64,000 nt of DNA from NCBI GenBank assembly GCA_963767925.1, contig CAVYGB010000002.1:96001-160000 (forward strand). Reading direction: 5' to 3'. The first letter of the stretch is position 1; each line of letters begins with the position of its first letter. The position numbers and the translations under genes are program-made. The stretch is from an uncultured delta proteobacterium (GTDB lineage Bacteria; Myxococcota_A; Polyangia; Fen-1088). Positions 10,044-19,718 of the stretch are shown here, in pieces. The notes under the pieces were generated by a model. That model did no database searches, had not been told where the DNA came from, and saw nothing but the letters and a program-made list of their open reading frames with translations.

Positions 10044-10802
10044 ATGAGGCTCATGATCACGCTGGCCGCAAACTCGTGGCAGGGGGCGGACGTCGGCGCG
10101 GACTCAGTTGCGGACATCGCGGACGTAGTTGCGGACATCGCTGGGATCTCGGCTTACCTCGCGAACCAGCGCGTGAACGTGCTCGGATCGGAGCGTCTTC
10201 TCGACGAGGGCGCCACGATCTCCGAGCAGGGCGAGGCGCCGGCGGTCGTCGCGCGCGAGGTCTCTGCCCTGCGTGCGATCTGGATCGTCGACCTCCCCTC
10301 GCGGGCTGCCGCCGTGGAGCTCGCGAAGAATGCCCCCGGCGGCGCGGGCACCCTCGAGGTTCGCGAGTCGTTCACGCCGCAAGACTTCGGCGCCCCGCCG
10401 GATCCGACTCCCCCGGTGGCGCCCCCACCGCCGGTGCGCAAGCCCGAAACCCATCGGTACATCGCGCTCCTCCGCAGCGACCGCGACTCCGGCGAAGCGC
10501 CGACGCTCGAATCGACCGCGCGGATGGACGCGTACTGCGCACCCCTCGCCGCAGCCAACACGATGATCGGCGGCGAAGGCCTCAAGCCGAGCGGGAAGGG
10601 CACCCGCATCCGTCGCTCGGCCGCGCAGCGGTTCGTGATCGACGGCCCCTTCACCGAATCCAAGGAGCTCATCGGTGGCTTCATGGTCGTGCAAGTACCC
10701 ACCCTCGACGAAGCCATCGAAACCATCCGCCCCTGGCTACGCATCCACCGCGAAGGCCAGCGCGTGAGCCACACAACGATCGAGATTCGCCGCCTATCGT
10801 GA
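10044..10802 (+). CDS. YciI/DGPF-domain protein
   Basis: VIDGPFTESKELIGGF motif. Confidence 0.85.
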   Translation: MRLMITLAANSWQGADVGADSVADIADVVADIAGISAYLANQRVNVLGSERLLDEGATISEQGEAPAVVAREVSALRAIWIVDLPSRAAAVELAKNAPGGAGTLEVRESFTPQDFGAPPDPTPPVAPPPPVRKPETHRYIALLRSDRDSGEAPTLESTARMDAYCAPLAAANTMIGGEGLKPSGKGTRIRRSAAQRFVIDGPFTESKELIGGFMVVQVPTLDEAIETIRPWLRIHREGQRVSHTTIEIRRLS

Positions 10803-10947
10803 CCACCCTTCCCGGCTTCGACCGGGGGTGTTCGCCGGTCGACTCCAGGAGAGTCGCTGGCCGGTACGCCGGCCTCCCGTCAGCGCGTCGCGCTACCTCG
10901 GCGCGCCCGATCTATGTAAATAATCGTAATTACTCTGTAATTTTCTA

Positions 10948-10963
10948 TTAGCTGATTCGCTAA
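10948..10963. promoter_or_regulatory. inverted repeat TTAGC-N6-GCTAA, candidate ArsR-family operator
   Basis: Palindrome in an AT-rich intergenic patch upstream of an operon that ends in an ArsR gene. Confidence 0.4.
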
Positions 10964-11029
10964 CTTATAGGTGGCCGATATTGAGCGAAGGCGCTAAGTA
11001 TTCGGGACCATCTAACGGGAGGCCATCAC

Positions 11030-11374
11030 ATGAGCGATCAACATCAGCACGCCAGGGTGCGGGCGAATCCGCAGGCGCCGGTCACGAACATCGTCACGTA
11101 CGTTCCGAAGAAGGGGAAAGAGGCCGAGTTGCTCGAGCTCGTGAAGAAGCACGAGCCGGCGTTGCGCAAGGTCGGGCTCGTCACCAGCGAGCCGTTTCGG
11201 CTGTGGAAGGCGTATGACATCCGCAAGCAGCGGGTGCAGTTCATCGAGCAGTTCGTGTGGAAGGACGGGAACTCCAGCGATGTGGCTCATCAAACGCCGG
11301 AGGTCATGGCGGTGTGGGAGCCGATGGGGCCGGTGCTGGAGGAGCTGACGATCTGCGAGGTGGAGCCGGTCTGA
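11030..11374 (+). CDS. small hypothetical protein (dimeric alpha-beta barrel-like)
   Basis: GGGAGG RBS upstream; typical codon usage. Confidence 0.7.
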   Translation: MSDQHQHARVRANPQAPVTNIVTYVPKKGKEAELLELVKKHEPALRKVGLVTSEPFRLWKAYDIRKQRVQFIEQFVWKDGNSSDVAHQTPEVMAVWEPMGPVLEELTICEVEPV

Positions 11375-11691
11375 GTCAGGATCCGGCGGAGAAGCTGGCG
11401 GCGCTCGACGCCGTTGTCACCGCGCTGGCGCACCCGGCGCGGCGACAGATCCTCTTGACCATTCATTTTCGCGGCGAGGCTACCGCCGGGGAGATCGCGG
11501 GCCGCTTCGCGCACAAGTGGCCGACGACGACCCGGCACTTGCGCGTGCTCGAGGGCGCTGGCCTCGTGCGACAGGCGCGGCGCGGGCGGACCCGCGTGTA
11601 TACCGTCGACAAGACGCGGCTCGCGCTCGTCAGCGAATGGCTGGGCTGGTTCGAGTCTCCTCCGGTGAGCGGCGGAGAATCACCAGCGTAG
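11371..11691 (+). CDS. ArsR/SmtB-family transcriptional regulator (start uncertain)
   Basis: ALAHPARRQILL...GEIAGRF...TTTRHLRVLEGAGLV...GRTRVY. Confidence 0.85.
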   Translation: MSQDPAEKLAALDAVVTALAHPARRQILLTIHFRGEATAGEIAGRFAHKWPTTTRHLRVLEGAGLVRQARRGRTRVYTVDKTRLALVSEWLGWFESPPVSGGESPA

Positions 11692-11943
11692 GTCGTCGAC
11701 GACCGCGGCAGGTGCCGATGTGGCTCACGGGATCGGAGGGTCTCTGAGCAAGCGCGCCCGAGAAGATTGGGAAGCCGCTAACCCTCGGCTCGTTGGCGAC
11801 CATGACCAGCGGGGCTCGGGTGTCGTCCCCCGGCTCGGAGCTGAATGTGGCCCGGCACCGCGCCGGGCGACGCGAAGCCGTTGGACGCGCCCTCGCTGTT
11901 GGTCCTCGAGGTGAAAGCCGGTCTCGTGGCGCGCAGTGCGGCC

Positions 11944-12528
11944 TCAGAATTCCCAGTCGGTGCTGGCTTGCTTGCAGACGGGGCCGCACTCGGGGCCGTT
12001 GGGGTAGGCGGGGGCGTAGGTGGGAGCGATCTCCTGGTCGAGGTATTTGCCGCCGGCGATGGTGCGCTGGGTGACGCGGACCTGGGGGGAGGTGCCGGGG
12101 ATGTGGAGGCGCTCCTCGAACTTGCCGGGGACCGGCGTGCAGGTCTGCGAGGCGGCGTTCCCGCTGGTCATCGTCGTGCATTCCATGACCGGCGCCACCG
12201 TCAAGAACAGCCCGTCGCCGCTGTTGCAGGCGCCGCTCTCGACGGCGCCGGGGCCGCCGGCGATCGGGAAGTTGAAGGTACACCGGCGCACCGGGCTGCC
12301 CTCGGCGGCGATCACCACCTCGTGCATGCCGGAGGGGAAGACGCCGGCCCGCGGGCGGATGGTGACGTTGAGCTGGTCCGAGCAGCCTATCTCGGTGCAG
12401 GCTCGCGGCGGGTCGCCTCCCGGGGCGTGGTTGCGGATGTTCTCGACGACATCTTCGAGGAGCTCGCAGCCGCCAAGGGCAGACGGGGCGACCACGACGA
12501 GACAGACCAGGAGCCAGCGACGCTTCAT
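11944..12528 (-). CDS. Cys-rich hypothetical lipoprotein
   Basis: MKRRWLL...LGGC lipobox; ACTEIGC and YPNGPECGPVC motifs. Confidence 0.75.
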   Translation of the reverse strand: MKRRWLLVCLVVVAPSALGGCELLEDVVENIRNHAPGGDPPRACTEIGCSDQLNVTIRPRAGVFPSGMHEVVIAAEGSPVRRCTFNFPIAGGPGAVESGACNSGDGLFLTVAPVMECTTMTSGNAASQTCTPVPGKFEERLHIPGTSPQVRVTQRTIAGGKYLDQEIAPTYAPAYPNGPECGPVCKQASTDWEF

Positions 12529-12868
12529 GTGAACCAACCTCCGAGGCCCGACGGGAGAGCAACGGGCGTGCCGGACTCCGGGAGGGCAGACCCACCGGAT
12601 CCGGCGCGACCCGAGGTCGAGCTCCGTGGGGCGCATCCGCTGGATCTTCCTGGCCATCGCCGCCCACCGGTCGGGGCGCGCGCCGGCGACGGCCGGACGA
12701 CCGTCCGCCGGACCCGGACGTTCACGCCCTGCACCCTCAGAATCCTGAAGGCCGCCGCACCCGGTCACCGTCGACCATCCCCCCGACGCCCGCCCCCCTT
12801 GGGCCCGACCGCCGGGGCTCGCGCCGCGCGGCCGGATCGGCGTACGCTCCCTGCTGGAGGCGCTCCCC

Positions 12869-13282
12869 TTGACCGATGACCCCCAGGTCCCGCCCGAGAT
12901 CGTCGCGAAGGTCGGACTGGTTTGCCTCGGGCTGCCGGAGGCCTACGAGGAGGCGGCCTGGGCGGGCACCCGCTGGTGCGTGCGCAAGCATAACTTCGCC
13001 CACCTGCTCATGGTCGACGGCGGCTGGCCGCCCGCCTACGCGCGCGCCGCAGGGACGGCCGGGCCCGCGGTCGTGTTGACCTTTCGCTTGCCGCCGGCCC
13101 GGCTGGCCGCGCCCCGCTTCACCCGCCCGCCCTTCTTCCGGCCGGTCTGGTTCCCCAACATCGCCGGCCTCATCATCGACGATCGAACCGACTGGGACGA
13201 GGTTGACGATCTGCTGGTCCAGAGCTACTGCGTCCTGGCCCCGAAGAAGCTCGCCGAGCACGTCGACCGTCCCGCCGGCTGA
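12869..13282 (+). CDS. MmcQ/YjbR-family protein
   Basis: CLGLPEAYEE...DWDEVDDLLVQSYCVLAPKKLA. Confidence 0.85.
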   Translation: MTDDPQVPPEIVAKVGLVCLGLPEAYEEAAWAGTRWCVRKHNFAHLLMVDGGWPPAYARAAGTAGPAVVLTFRLPPARLAAPRFTRPPFFRPVWFPNIAGLIIDDRTDWDEVDDLLVQSYCVLAPKKLAEHVDRPAG

Positions 13283-13374
13283 CCGCCGGCCCGCTCCGGC
13301 GGCGTGGCATGATGCCCGCCATGACGAACCTCCGGTCCCGCTGGCGGCTGTCCATCTGCAATTTGCCGCTGGCG

Positions 13375-13870
13375 CTGACCGTGATCAGGAGTGAAGCTCG
13401 ACCGAGCAGCTCGTGCGCACGTTGATCGACGTGGCCAGCAAGGACGGAAACTTCCTGCTCAACGTGGGCCCCACCGGCGAGGGCTGATCCCCGGCCCCTC
13501 GGTCGACCGGCTGGCCGAGGTGGGGCGCTGGATGAGAAGCAACGGAGAGGCCATCACCGGCAACACCCGCTGCCCGCTGGACCGGCCCACCTGGGGCCGC
13601 TGCACCGCCCGGCGCGCCGGCGCCGGCCCCGCCCGCCCCTACTTCCACGTATTCGACTGGCCCGCCGACGGCAAGCTGACCCTCCCAGCCCTGCCCGCCG
13701 GCGACGAGGTGATCACGGCCCGGCTGCTCGCCGCCAACAAGCGGCTGCTGATGATCCAGAGCCGGCGGCGCCCGGGGCCGCGCCGGTGCTGCAGGTGCCC
13801 GCCAGCGCGCCCGATCCGCTGTCGACGACGGTTGTCGTCACCGTGCGCAGCCCGCGACGCCCGGCCCCAC
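13375..13870 (+). pseudogene. alpha-L-fucosidase (GH29) C-terminal remnant
   Basis: STEQLVRTLIDVASKDGNFLLNVGPTGEG, frameshift, LIPGPSVDRLAEVGRWMRSNGEAI...YFHVFDWPADGKL; in-frame stop upstream and no N-terminal part. Confidence 0.75.
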
Positions 13871-13926
13871 TGAAGCCCGTGCACATCGGCGCTTCGGCGA
13901 AGACCGCGCCGGGGTAAAAGCAGGAC

Positions 13927-14571
13927 ATGACCACCGGTTCCGATTCCAGCCCCGACCCCAGCGCGCTGCGCGACGCCGCCGCCGTGGCGGACGTCGTCTC
14001 GGAGCTCGGCCTCCTGTTTCTCTCCGATCCCAGGCGCCGCAACGCCATCGAGGTCCTGACCGGGCAGAACCCCCGCGGCTCCTGGTGGACACACCCGCGG
14101 GCCAACGACATCTACGCGATCTTGCAGACGGTGGAGGACCACCCCGACGTGCTCACGGCCAAGCTGCTGGCCGGCAAGGTCACCCTGGTCCACCGCGCCC
14201 TCTGGCCCAGCCTGCTCACGGTGGTGACCGCGCGCGAGCCCTGGCAGACCGAGGGCCTCACCGCGGTCGCCGCCCAGTGGCTCGTGAAGCTCGACGAGGC
14301 GGCCGCCGCCGGCGCCGGCGCGCCCGTGCCCCCGGTGAGCCGGACCGTCAGCAAGGAGATGGAGGCCCGCCTGCTCGCCTTCTCCGAGAGCGTCCACACC
14401 GACAGCGGCAAACACGAGACCCGCCTGCACCACTGGCGCGACTGGGCCACCCGGTCCGAACAACCCTGGCCCCCCGACCACACCCCGGCCGCCGTCGCCG
14501 CCGCCCGGCAAGCCCTCGAGGCCGCCGCCACCCGCCTCGGCTCCCCACCCCCCGCCCTCCCCTGGGCCTGA
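13927..14571 (+). CDS. hypothetical protein (winged-helix/AlkZ-like)
   Basis: RGSWWTHP, KLLAGKVTLVHRALW, SESVHTDSGKHE. Confidence 0.65.
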   Translation: MTTGSDSSPDPSALRDAAAVADVVSELGLLFLSDPRRRNAIEVLTGQNPRGSWWTHPRANDIYAILQTVEDHPDVLTAKLLAGKVTLVHRALWPSLLTVVTAREPWQTEGLTAVAAQWLVKLDEAAAAGAGAPVPPVSRTVSKEMEARLLAFSESVHTDSGKHETRLHHWRDWATRSEQPWPPDHTPAAVAAARQALEAAATRLGSPPPALPWA

Positions 14572-14598
14572 ACCCGCGCGCGCAAGCGCGCCGCGGGG

Positions 14599-16302
14599 TC
14601 ATCGGGTTGCAGCGGTGAGGTCGTAGACGAAGAGGGTGCCGCCGAGCTGGGCGCGGGGGCGGCGCTGTCGGAGCGTCTGGTAGAGGGGCTCGTGGGGGCC
14701 GCGCGCGGTCAGGCGGCTCTGGCTGACCACGAGGACGCCGGTGAGCTGGGCGAGGGCCACCGGGTCGGTGGGGAGCGGGCGGTAGGGCAGGCCCCAGCTA
14801 TGCGGGTCGATGCCGCCGAAGTAGTCGAGGTAGGGGGCCTCGATCTGGTTGTCGGCGAGGTAGCGGGTCAGGGCGGGCAGGTCCTGGCCCCAGTCGATCG
14901 ACGAGTTGTTGAGGTAACGCCAGCCGCCGGCGGTGGCGCCGGCCAGCTCGTTGAAGTGGGCGTGCACGTGGGGGTAGGACCGGGCGGTGCCGAGGGCCTG
15001 CCAGGCCAGCAGCGCGACGGCGACGGCGGTGGGGATCCGCCGCCCGGCGATGGCCGGGCCGAGGGCGCCGATCAGGATCGCGAGCAGCGGGATCATCGGC
15101 AGCAGGTAGCGAATCCCGATGTTGATGGTCAGCAACATGCAGGTGCCCAGCCACAGCAGGGCCGGCAGGATGAGCAGCACCAGCTCGCCGGCGGGCGGGG
15201 GCGCGCCTTCGGGGCGGCGCCGGAGGACGACGGCGGCCCAGCCGAGCAGGGCGAAGAAGGCGAGCGGGGTCTTCACCGCCAGGGCCAGGGGGAAGTAGTA
15301 CCACCAGCCGTCGGGCGAGTTGTCGCCGAACAGGAACTGGTGGTTGTAGCCGCCCGTCCAGGTGCTCTGGTTGGCGGCGTGGAAGCTCTGCAGGGCGAAG
15401 CCTTTGAAGAAGCTGTAGGCGGGGATGCCCAGCTCGCGCAGCCAGGCGGGGACCCCGGTGATGGCCGCCCGCGCGGCGGTGGCGCGCGGGTGCAAGGCCA
15501 GCTCGCGATCGCCGGCCAGGCTCGCCACCTCGAAGCCGTAGACCGCCCAGATGAACAGGGCGCTGGCCAGGGCCACGATGGCGGCGTCGCGCAGGGCCCG
15601 CCCGAGCGGCGGCGTGGGCGGGGCCGCTGCCGCCGCGGCCGCCGCGCGCCGATCGAGGAAGCGCTGGCCGAGGTAAAGGGCGGCGCAGATCGGGACCAGC
15701 AAGATGGCGCTGAACTTGGTGGCCTGGGCGGCCGCGAAGCAGAGGGCGAACAGGGCCAGGGTGCGGCCCGACGGCGCGCGCAGGTAGCGGCTGAAGGTGG
15801 CGAGGGCCAGGACGAAGGTCAGGGCGCAGGCGACGTCGTTGCCCGCGATGGGGGCGTCGGCCAGCAGCAACGGGCAGAGGGCCAGCGCGGCCAGGGTCAG
15901 CAGGGCGCCTTCCCTTCCCCACAGCCGGCGCGACCACACGAACGACACCACCAGCAGGGCCAGGGAGAACAGCACCGCCACCGCCCGGGTCGAGCCGAGC
16001 AGCCGCGCGCGGGGGAGGCGGTTTTCCAGCAGGAACCGCTGCAGCACCTCGCCGGTCGGGGGCTCGACGATCGGATCGGCCCCCTGGGCCAGCAGCGGCA
16101 CGGCCAGGGCCAGCTTGGCCAGCGGGGGGTGGGTCTGATCGATCGAGTCGCCGGTGAGCCACAGCCGGTAGCCGGCGGCGATGTGGATCGGCTCGTCAGC
16201 GGCCGGCGAGTGCCCGGGGATCTGCCCGACCGCCAGGGCCACGTGCAACGCCAGCAACAGGCCGACCCCGGCGGGGTACGCGTGCTGCGCCCAACGTTTC
16301 AT
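14599..16302 (-). CDS. GT-C fold glycosyltransferase (ArnT/PMT, GT39/83-like)
   Basis: DEPIHIAAG, HPPLAK, ATKFSA, WWYYFPLALAVKTP, NIGIRYLLP, SSIDWGQDL; many TM helices. Confidence 0.85.
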   Translation of the reverse strand: MKRWAQHAYPAGVGLLLALHVALAVGQIPGHSPAADEPIHIAAGYRLWLTGDSIDQTHPPLAKLALAVPLLAQGADPIVEPPTGEVLQRFLLENRLPRARLLGSTRAVAVLFSLALLVVSFVWSRRLWGREGALLTLAALALCPLLLADAPIAGNDVACALTFVLALATFSRYLRAPSGRTLALFALCFAAAQATKFSAILLVPICAALYLGQRFLDRRAAAAAAAAPPTPPLGRALRDAAIVALASALFIWAVYGFEVASLAGDRELALHPRATAARAAITGVPAWLRELGIPAYSFFKGFALQSFHAANQSTWTGGYNHQFLFGDNSPDGWWYYFPLALAVKTPLAFFALLGWAAVVLRRRPEGAPPPAGELVLLILPALLWLGTCMLLTINIGIRYLLPMIPLLAILIGALGPAIAGRRIPTAVAVALLAWQALGTARSYPHVHAHFNELAGATAGGWRYLNNSSIDWGQDLPALTRYLADNQIEAPYLDYFGGIDPHSWGLPYRPLPTDPVALAQLTGVLVVSQSRLTARGPHEPLYQTLRQRRPRAQLGGTLFVYDLTAATR

Positions 16303-16329
16303 CGGCGACAAGGTACCCGACTTGCCCGC

Positions 16330-16402
16330 CCTTTCGCCAGGTGGCGCCAGTCGGCCCGAGCGAAGCGAGGGAACCCGACTGCTTCGAAAACAGTCCCTGG
16401 CC
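16330..16402 (-). repeat. dispersed REP/MITE-like element, copy 2
   Basis: Reverse complement gccagggactgttttcgaagcagtcgggttccctcgcttcgctcgggccgact matches 6228-6283. Confidence 0.7.
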
Positions 16403-16406
16403 TCCC

Positions 16407-18225
16407 TCAGGCCCGGGCCATCGAGAACTGGCGCTCGACCAGGCGGCGGTAGGGGCCGTCTTCGGTCATCAGGCGGTCGTGGGGGCCGTCCTGCACGATC
16501 TCGCCGCCGTCGATGCACCAGGACGCGGTCGGCGTCGACCACGGTCGACAGGCGGTGGGCGATGATCAGGGTGGTGCGGCCGCGCATGAGGCGCTCGAGC
16601 GCCTCCTTGACCAGGTGCTCGCTCTCGGCGTCGAGCGCGCTGGTGGCCTCGTCGAGCACCAGCAGGCGCGGATCCTTCAGCACGGCGCGGGCGATGGCCA
16701 CCCGCTGCTTCTGGCCGCCCGAGAGCTGCACGCCGCGCTCGCCCACCAGGGTGTCGTAGCCCCCGGGCAGCGACAGGATGAAGCCGTGGGCGTTGGCCGC
16801 GCGCGGCGGCGGCCTCCACCTCGGCGCGCGAGGCGCCCGGGCGGCCGTAGCGGATGTTCTCGGCGATGGAGGTCGAGAACAGCACCGGCTCCTGCGCCAC
16901 CGTGCCCGATCTGGCGCCGCAGCCAGCCCGGATCCAGCGTGCGCACGTCGTGCCCGTCGAACAGGACGCGCCCGCCTTGAGGATCGTAGAAGCGCGGGAT
17001 CAAGCGCGGCGATCGTCGACTTGCCCGCGCCCGACGGGCCCACCACCGCCACCACCTCGCCGGGCGCCAGGGTCAGCCGCAGGTTGCGCAGCACCTCGAC
17101 CCCGGGGCGGGTGGGATAGGCGAAGCGCACGTTCACCAGGTCGACCCGCCCCTCGGCCCGGGCCGGCACCAGTCCCCCGCTGGCCGGCATGGCGGGCACG
17201 CGGTCGAGCAGCTCGAACACCCGGTCGGCGGCCCCGGTGGCGCGCATGAACTCGGTCCACAGGTCGGCCAGGCTGCCGAGGGCGAAGGCGACGATGAGCG
17301 TGTAGACCAGGAACGAGGTCAGCGCGCCGATGCTCAGATCGCCGTGGGACACCATGCGGCCGCCGTACCAGAACACCAGCACCGCCGAGCCGCAGGCCAC
17401 GAAGGATGCTACCCCCATGAAGGTGGCGCCGGCGTGCACGCGCTTGCGGGCCAGGCGAAAGACCCGGTCCATGGCCCGGCCGTAGCGGTCGGCCTCGTTC
17501 TTCTCGGCGTCGAACGAGCGCACCGTGCGCAGCCCGGCGATGGTCTCCTCGGCGATCTCGCCGGCCCCCGCCAGCTCGTCCTGCACGTCGCGGGCGTAGC
17601 GCCGCACGAGGCGGCCGTAGGACATCCCCGCCAGCAACACGGCCGGCAGCGCCGCCAGCATCAGCGCGGTCAGCAGCGGCGCCGTGTAGAACAGGAAGGT
17701 GATCCCGCCGAGGGCCTGGGCGGCGTGGCGGAGCGCGTGCGAGACGTTGTTGCTGACCGCGCTCTGCAGGACGCCGGTGTCCGAGGCCAGCCGGCTGGTC
17801 AGCTCGCCCGTGCGCCGGACGTCGAAGAAGGCGACCTCCTGCTCGACGATGGTGCGGTACAGGCGGTCGCGCAGCCGCGCCACGACCCGCTCGCCCGCCA
17901 CCGCGAACAGCACGTGGCGCAGGGCCGTGGCCGCGGCGAACACCAGCGAGACGATGCCCATGAACAGGGCGATGCGGTCGGTGCTGGGGGCGTCCTTGCC
18001 GGTCAGGGCGCCGTCGATCACCGCCCGGATCCCCTGCGGGTAGAGCAGGCTGGCCCCGCTGGCCAGCACCAGGAACAGGCTGCCGAGGAGCAGCCGGCGC
18101 CACTCGGGCCGCACCAGGGCCCCCATCCGCCTCAGCGAGGACGGAGCGGGCCGGGTCGCTCCCGGGACCGGGACCTCGGGTGGGTCAGGGGGGTCGGCCA
18201 GAGCGGCCGGCAGGGCTTGCGACAC
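16407..18225 (-). CDS. ABC exporter (TMD+NBD, ABCB/MsbA-like), frameshifted in this sequence
   Basis: [42 protein letters not shown]; frame breaks near 17003, 16905, 16800 and 16515. Confidence 0.85.
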
Positions 18226-18448
18226 GGCGTGACCTCTCAACCTTGACCGACCCCGCCGCCCCCCGCCACGGCGCGCCCCGTTGCGTCCCCCGGCGGCCAA
18301 AAGCGCGTCCTGGGCGGAAAATCCCACCGCTCAGCGTATTGCCGGGCGCCTTTGCGTGCATGTAATATCGGCCCTCGATGTTTCCGCCCGCCGCGCGCCT
18401 TCCGGGCCAGGCGGTTGCGCAACGCCCGTGGCGAATGGCAGGTGCACC

Positions 18449-19168
18449 GTGGTCGAGCTCTCCTTGATTGCGACATTGTTCTTGCTGGCTGACAGCGCCG
18501 CCGCGGCGCCGGCCCAGGCCCCCGCCCCGCCCCCACCCCCACCGGCCAAGCTCGAAGCGCCCCCCGTGGAGGCCGGCCCCGCGGCGCCCGTGCCGGGCGG
18601 CGAGGCCACGAAGCAGCCGGCGAGCATCGAAGGGGTCGGCGTCGAGGGGGCCAAGGTGCCCGCCTCCCAGGTCGAGGCCGCCGCCAAGGGCGGGACCTTC
18701 CGGCGCGAGGCCCGCTTCATCGAGGTGGTGGTCCCCGTCCGCCTGGTCGCCCGCAACCAGATGGGCCGCCGCTTCCGCCTGGTCGAGGCGCGCTTCGTCC
18801 TCGGCGGGACCGAGGTCGCCCGCTTGACCGCCAAGCCGGGCGAGGAGGTCGACCTCAACGCGCCGGTGATGGTGGTGCCGCTCCGCCGCGGCGAACACGC
18901 CCTGACCGCCACCCTGGTCTTCCAGGGCCGCAACGTCGGCCCCTTCAGCTACCTCGACAACTACCGCTACCGGGTCGAGACGACCTACTCGTTCTACGTC
19001 GAGCAGACCCACCGCCAGCCGATCATCGAGCTGGTCGCCCACGAGCAAGGGGGGATGATGGTGCCCCTCGAGCGGCGGCCCACCCTCGAGATCTACTCGG
19101 CCGAAGGCTCGGGCGTCACGCCGATGACCGGCGTGACCCACGGCACGCGCGTCACCTTCGCGCCCTGA
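18449..19168 (+). CDS. secreted hypothetical protein
   Basis: Signal-peptide-like N-terminus, Pro-rich linker, beta-rich domain (GPFSYLDNYRYRV). Confidence 0.65.
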   Translation: MVELSLIATLFLLADSAAAAPAQAPAPPPPPPAKLEAPPVEAGPAAPVPGGEATKQPASIEGVGVEGAKVPASQVEAAAKGGTFRREARFIEVVVPVRLVARNQMGRRFRLVEARFVLGGTEVARLTAKPGEEVDLNAPVMVVPLRRGEHALTATLVFQGRNVGPFSYLDNYRYRVETTYSFYVEQTHRQPIIELVAHEQGGMMVPLERRPTLEIYSAEGSGVTPMTGVTHGTRVTFAP

Positions 19169-19280
19169 CGGCTCTCGCATATGTGACAGCCGGGCGCGTC
19201 CAAAGCGCTCGTCAGGTCCCCGAGCGGGGCTGGCGGGCTTCCTGCGCGCGGGCAGTGACCAGCTCCGGGCCTGGGATGCC

Positions 19281-19705
19281 TTGCAAGCGCCCATCGGGAT
19301 CGGCCGGGACCTCGCCGCCGAGGAGGCGGCCCACCCGGGCTACAGCGCGCGGGTGAGCGCCCTGCAGGAGCTGGTGCTGCGGCGCTTGTTCTTCGCCCCC
19401 GCCGAGGAGCGGGGCGAGATCACCAACGATCCGGCGCTGGTCGGGCCGCCCCTCCTCTCCTTGACCCTCCACCTCCGCGACACCGTGGCCAACCAGGACG
19501 GGCTGCGGAGCTGGACCGTCCGGCGGACCGCGGTCGACGTGCTCAAGAAGCTGCAGGTGCAGACCGCCCTGCAGGCGCTGCTGGGCGCGCGCGACACGCT
19601 GATCGCCGCCCGCGGCCGCCTGGCCGGCGGCGAGGAGGCCGCCCTCACCGACGACCTGCTGGCCCGCATCGACCGCGCGCTCCGGCCGTACTTCGAGCGC
19701 CAGTG
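19281..19705 (+). pseudogene. probable C-terminal gene remnant
   Basis: Strongly codon-biased helical frame (DGLRSWTVRRTAVDVLKKLQ...DDLLARIDRALRPYF) with no convincing start, reading on into the convergent gene. Confidence 0.35.
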
Positions 19706-19718
19706 CACCGCAGCGCGC

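Noticed and set aside
14599..18327. 1242-aa ABC transporter-glycosyltransferase fusion in the ORF track
   Set aside because: Produced by frameshifts: the ABC gene has its own stop at 16407 in another frame and the glycosyltransferase starts at 16302.
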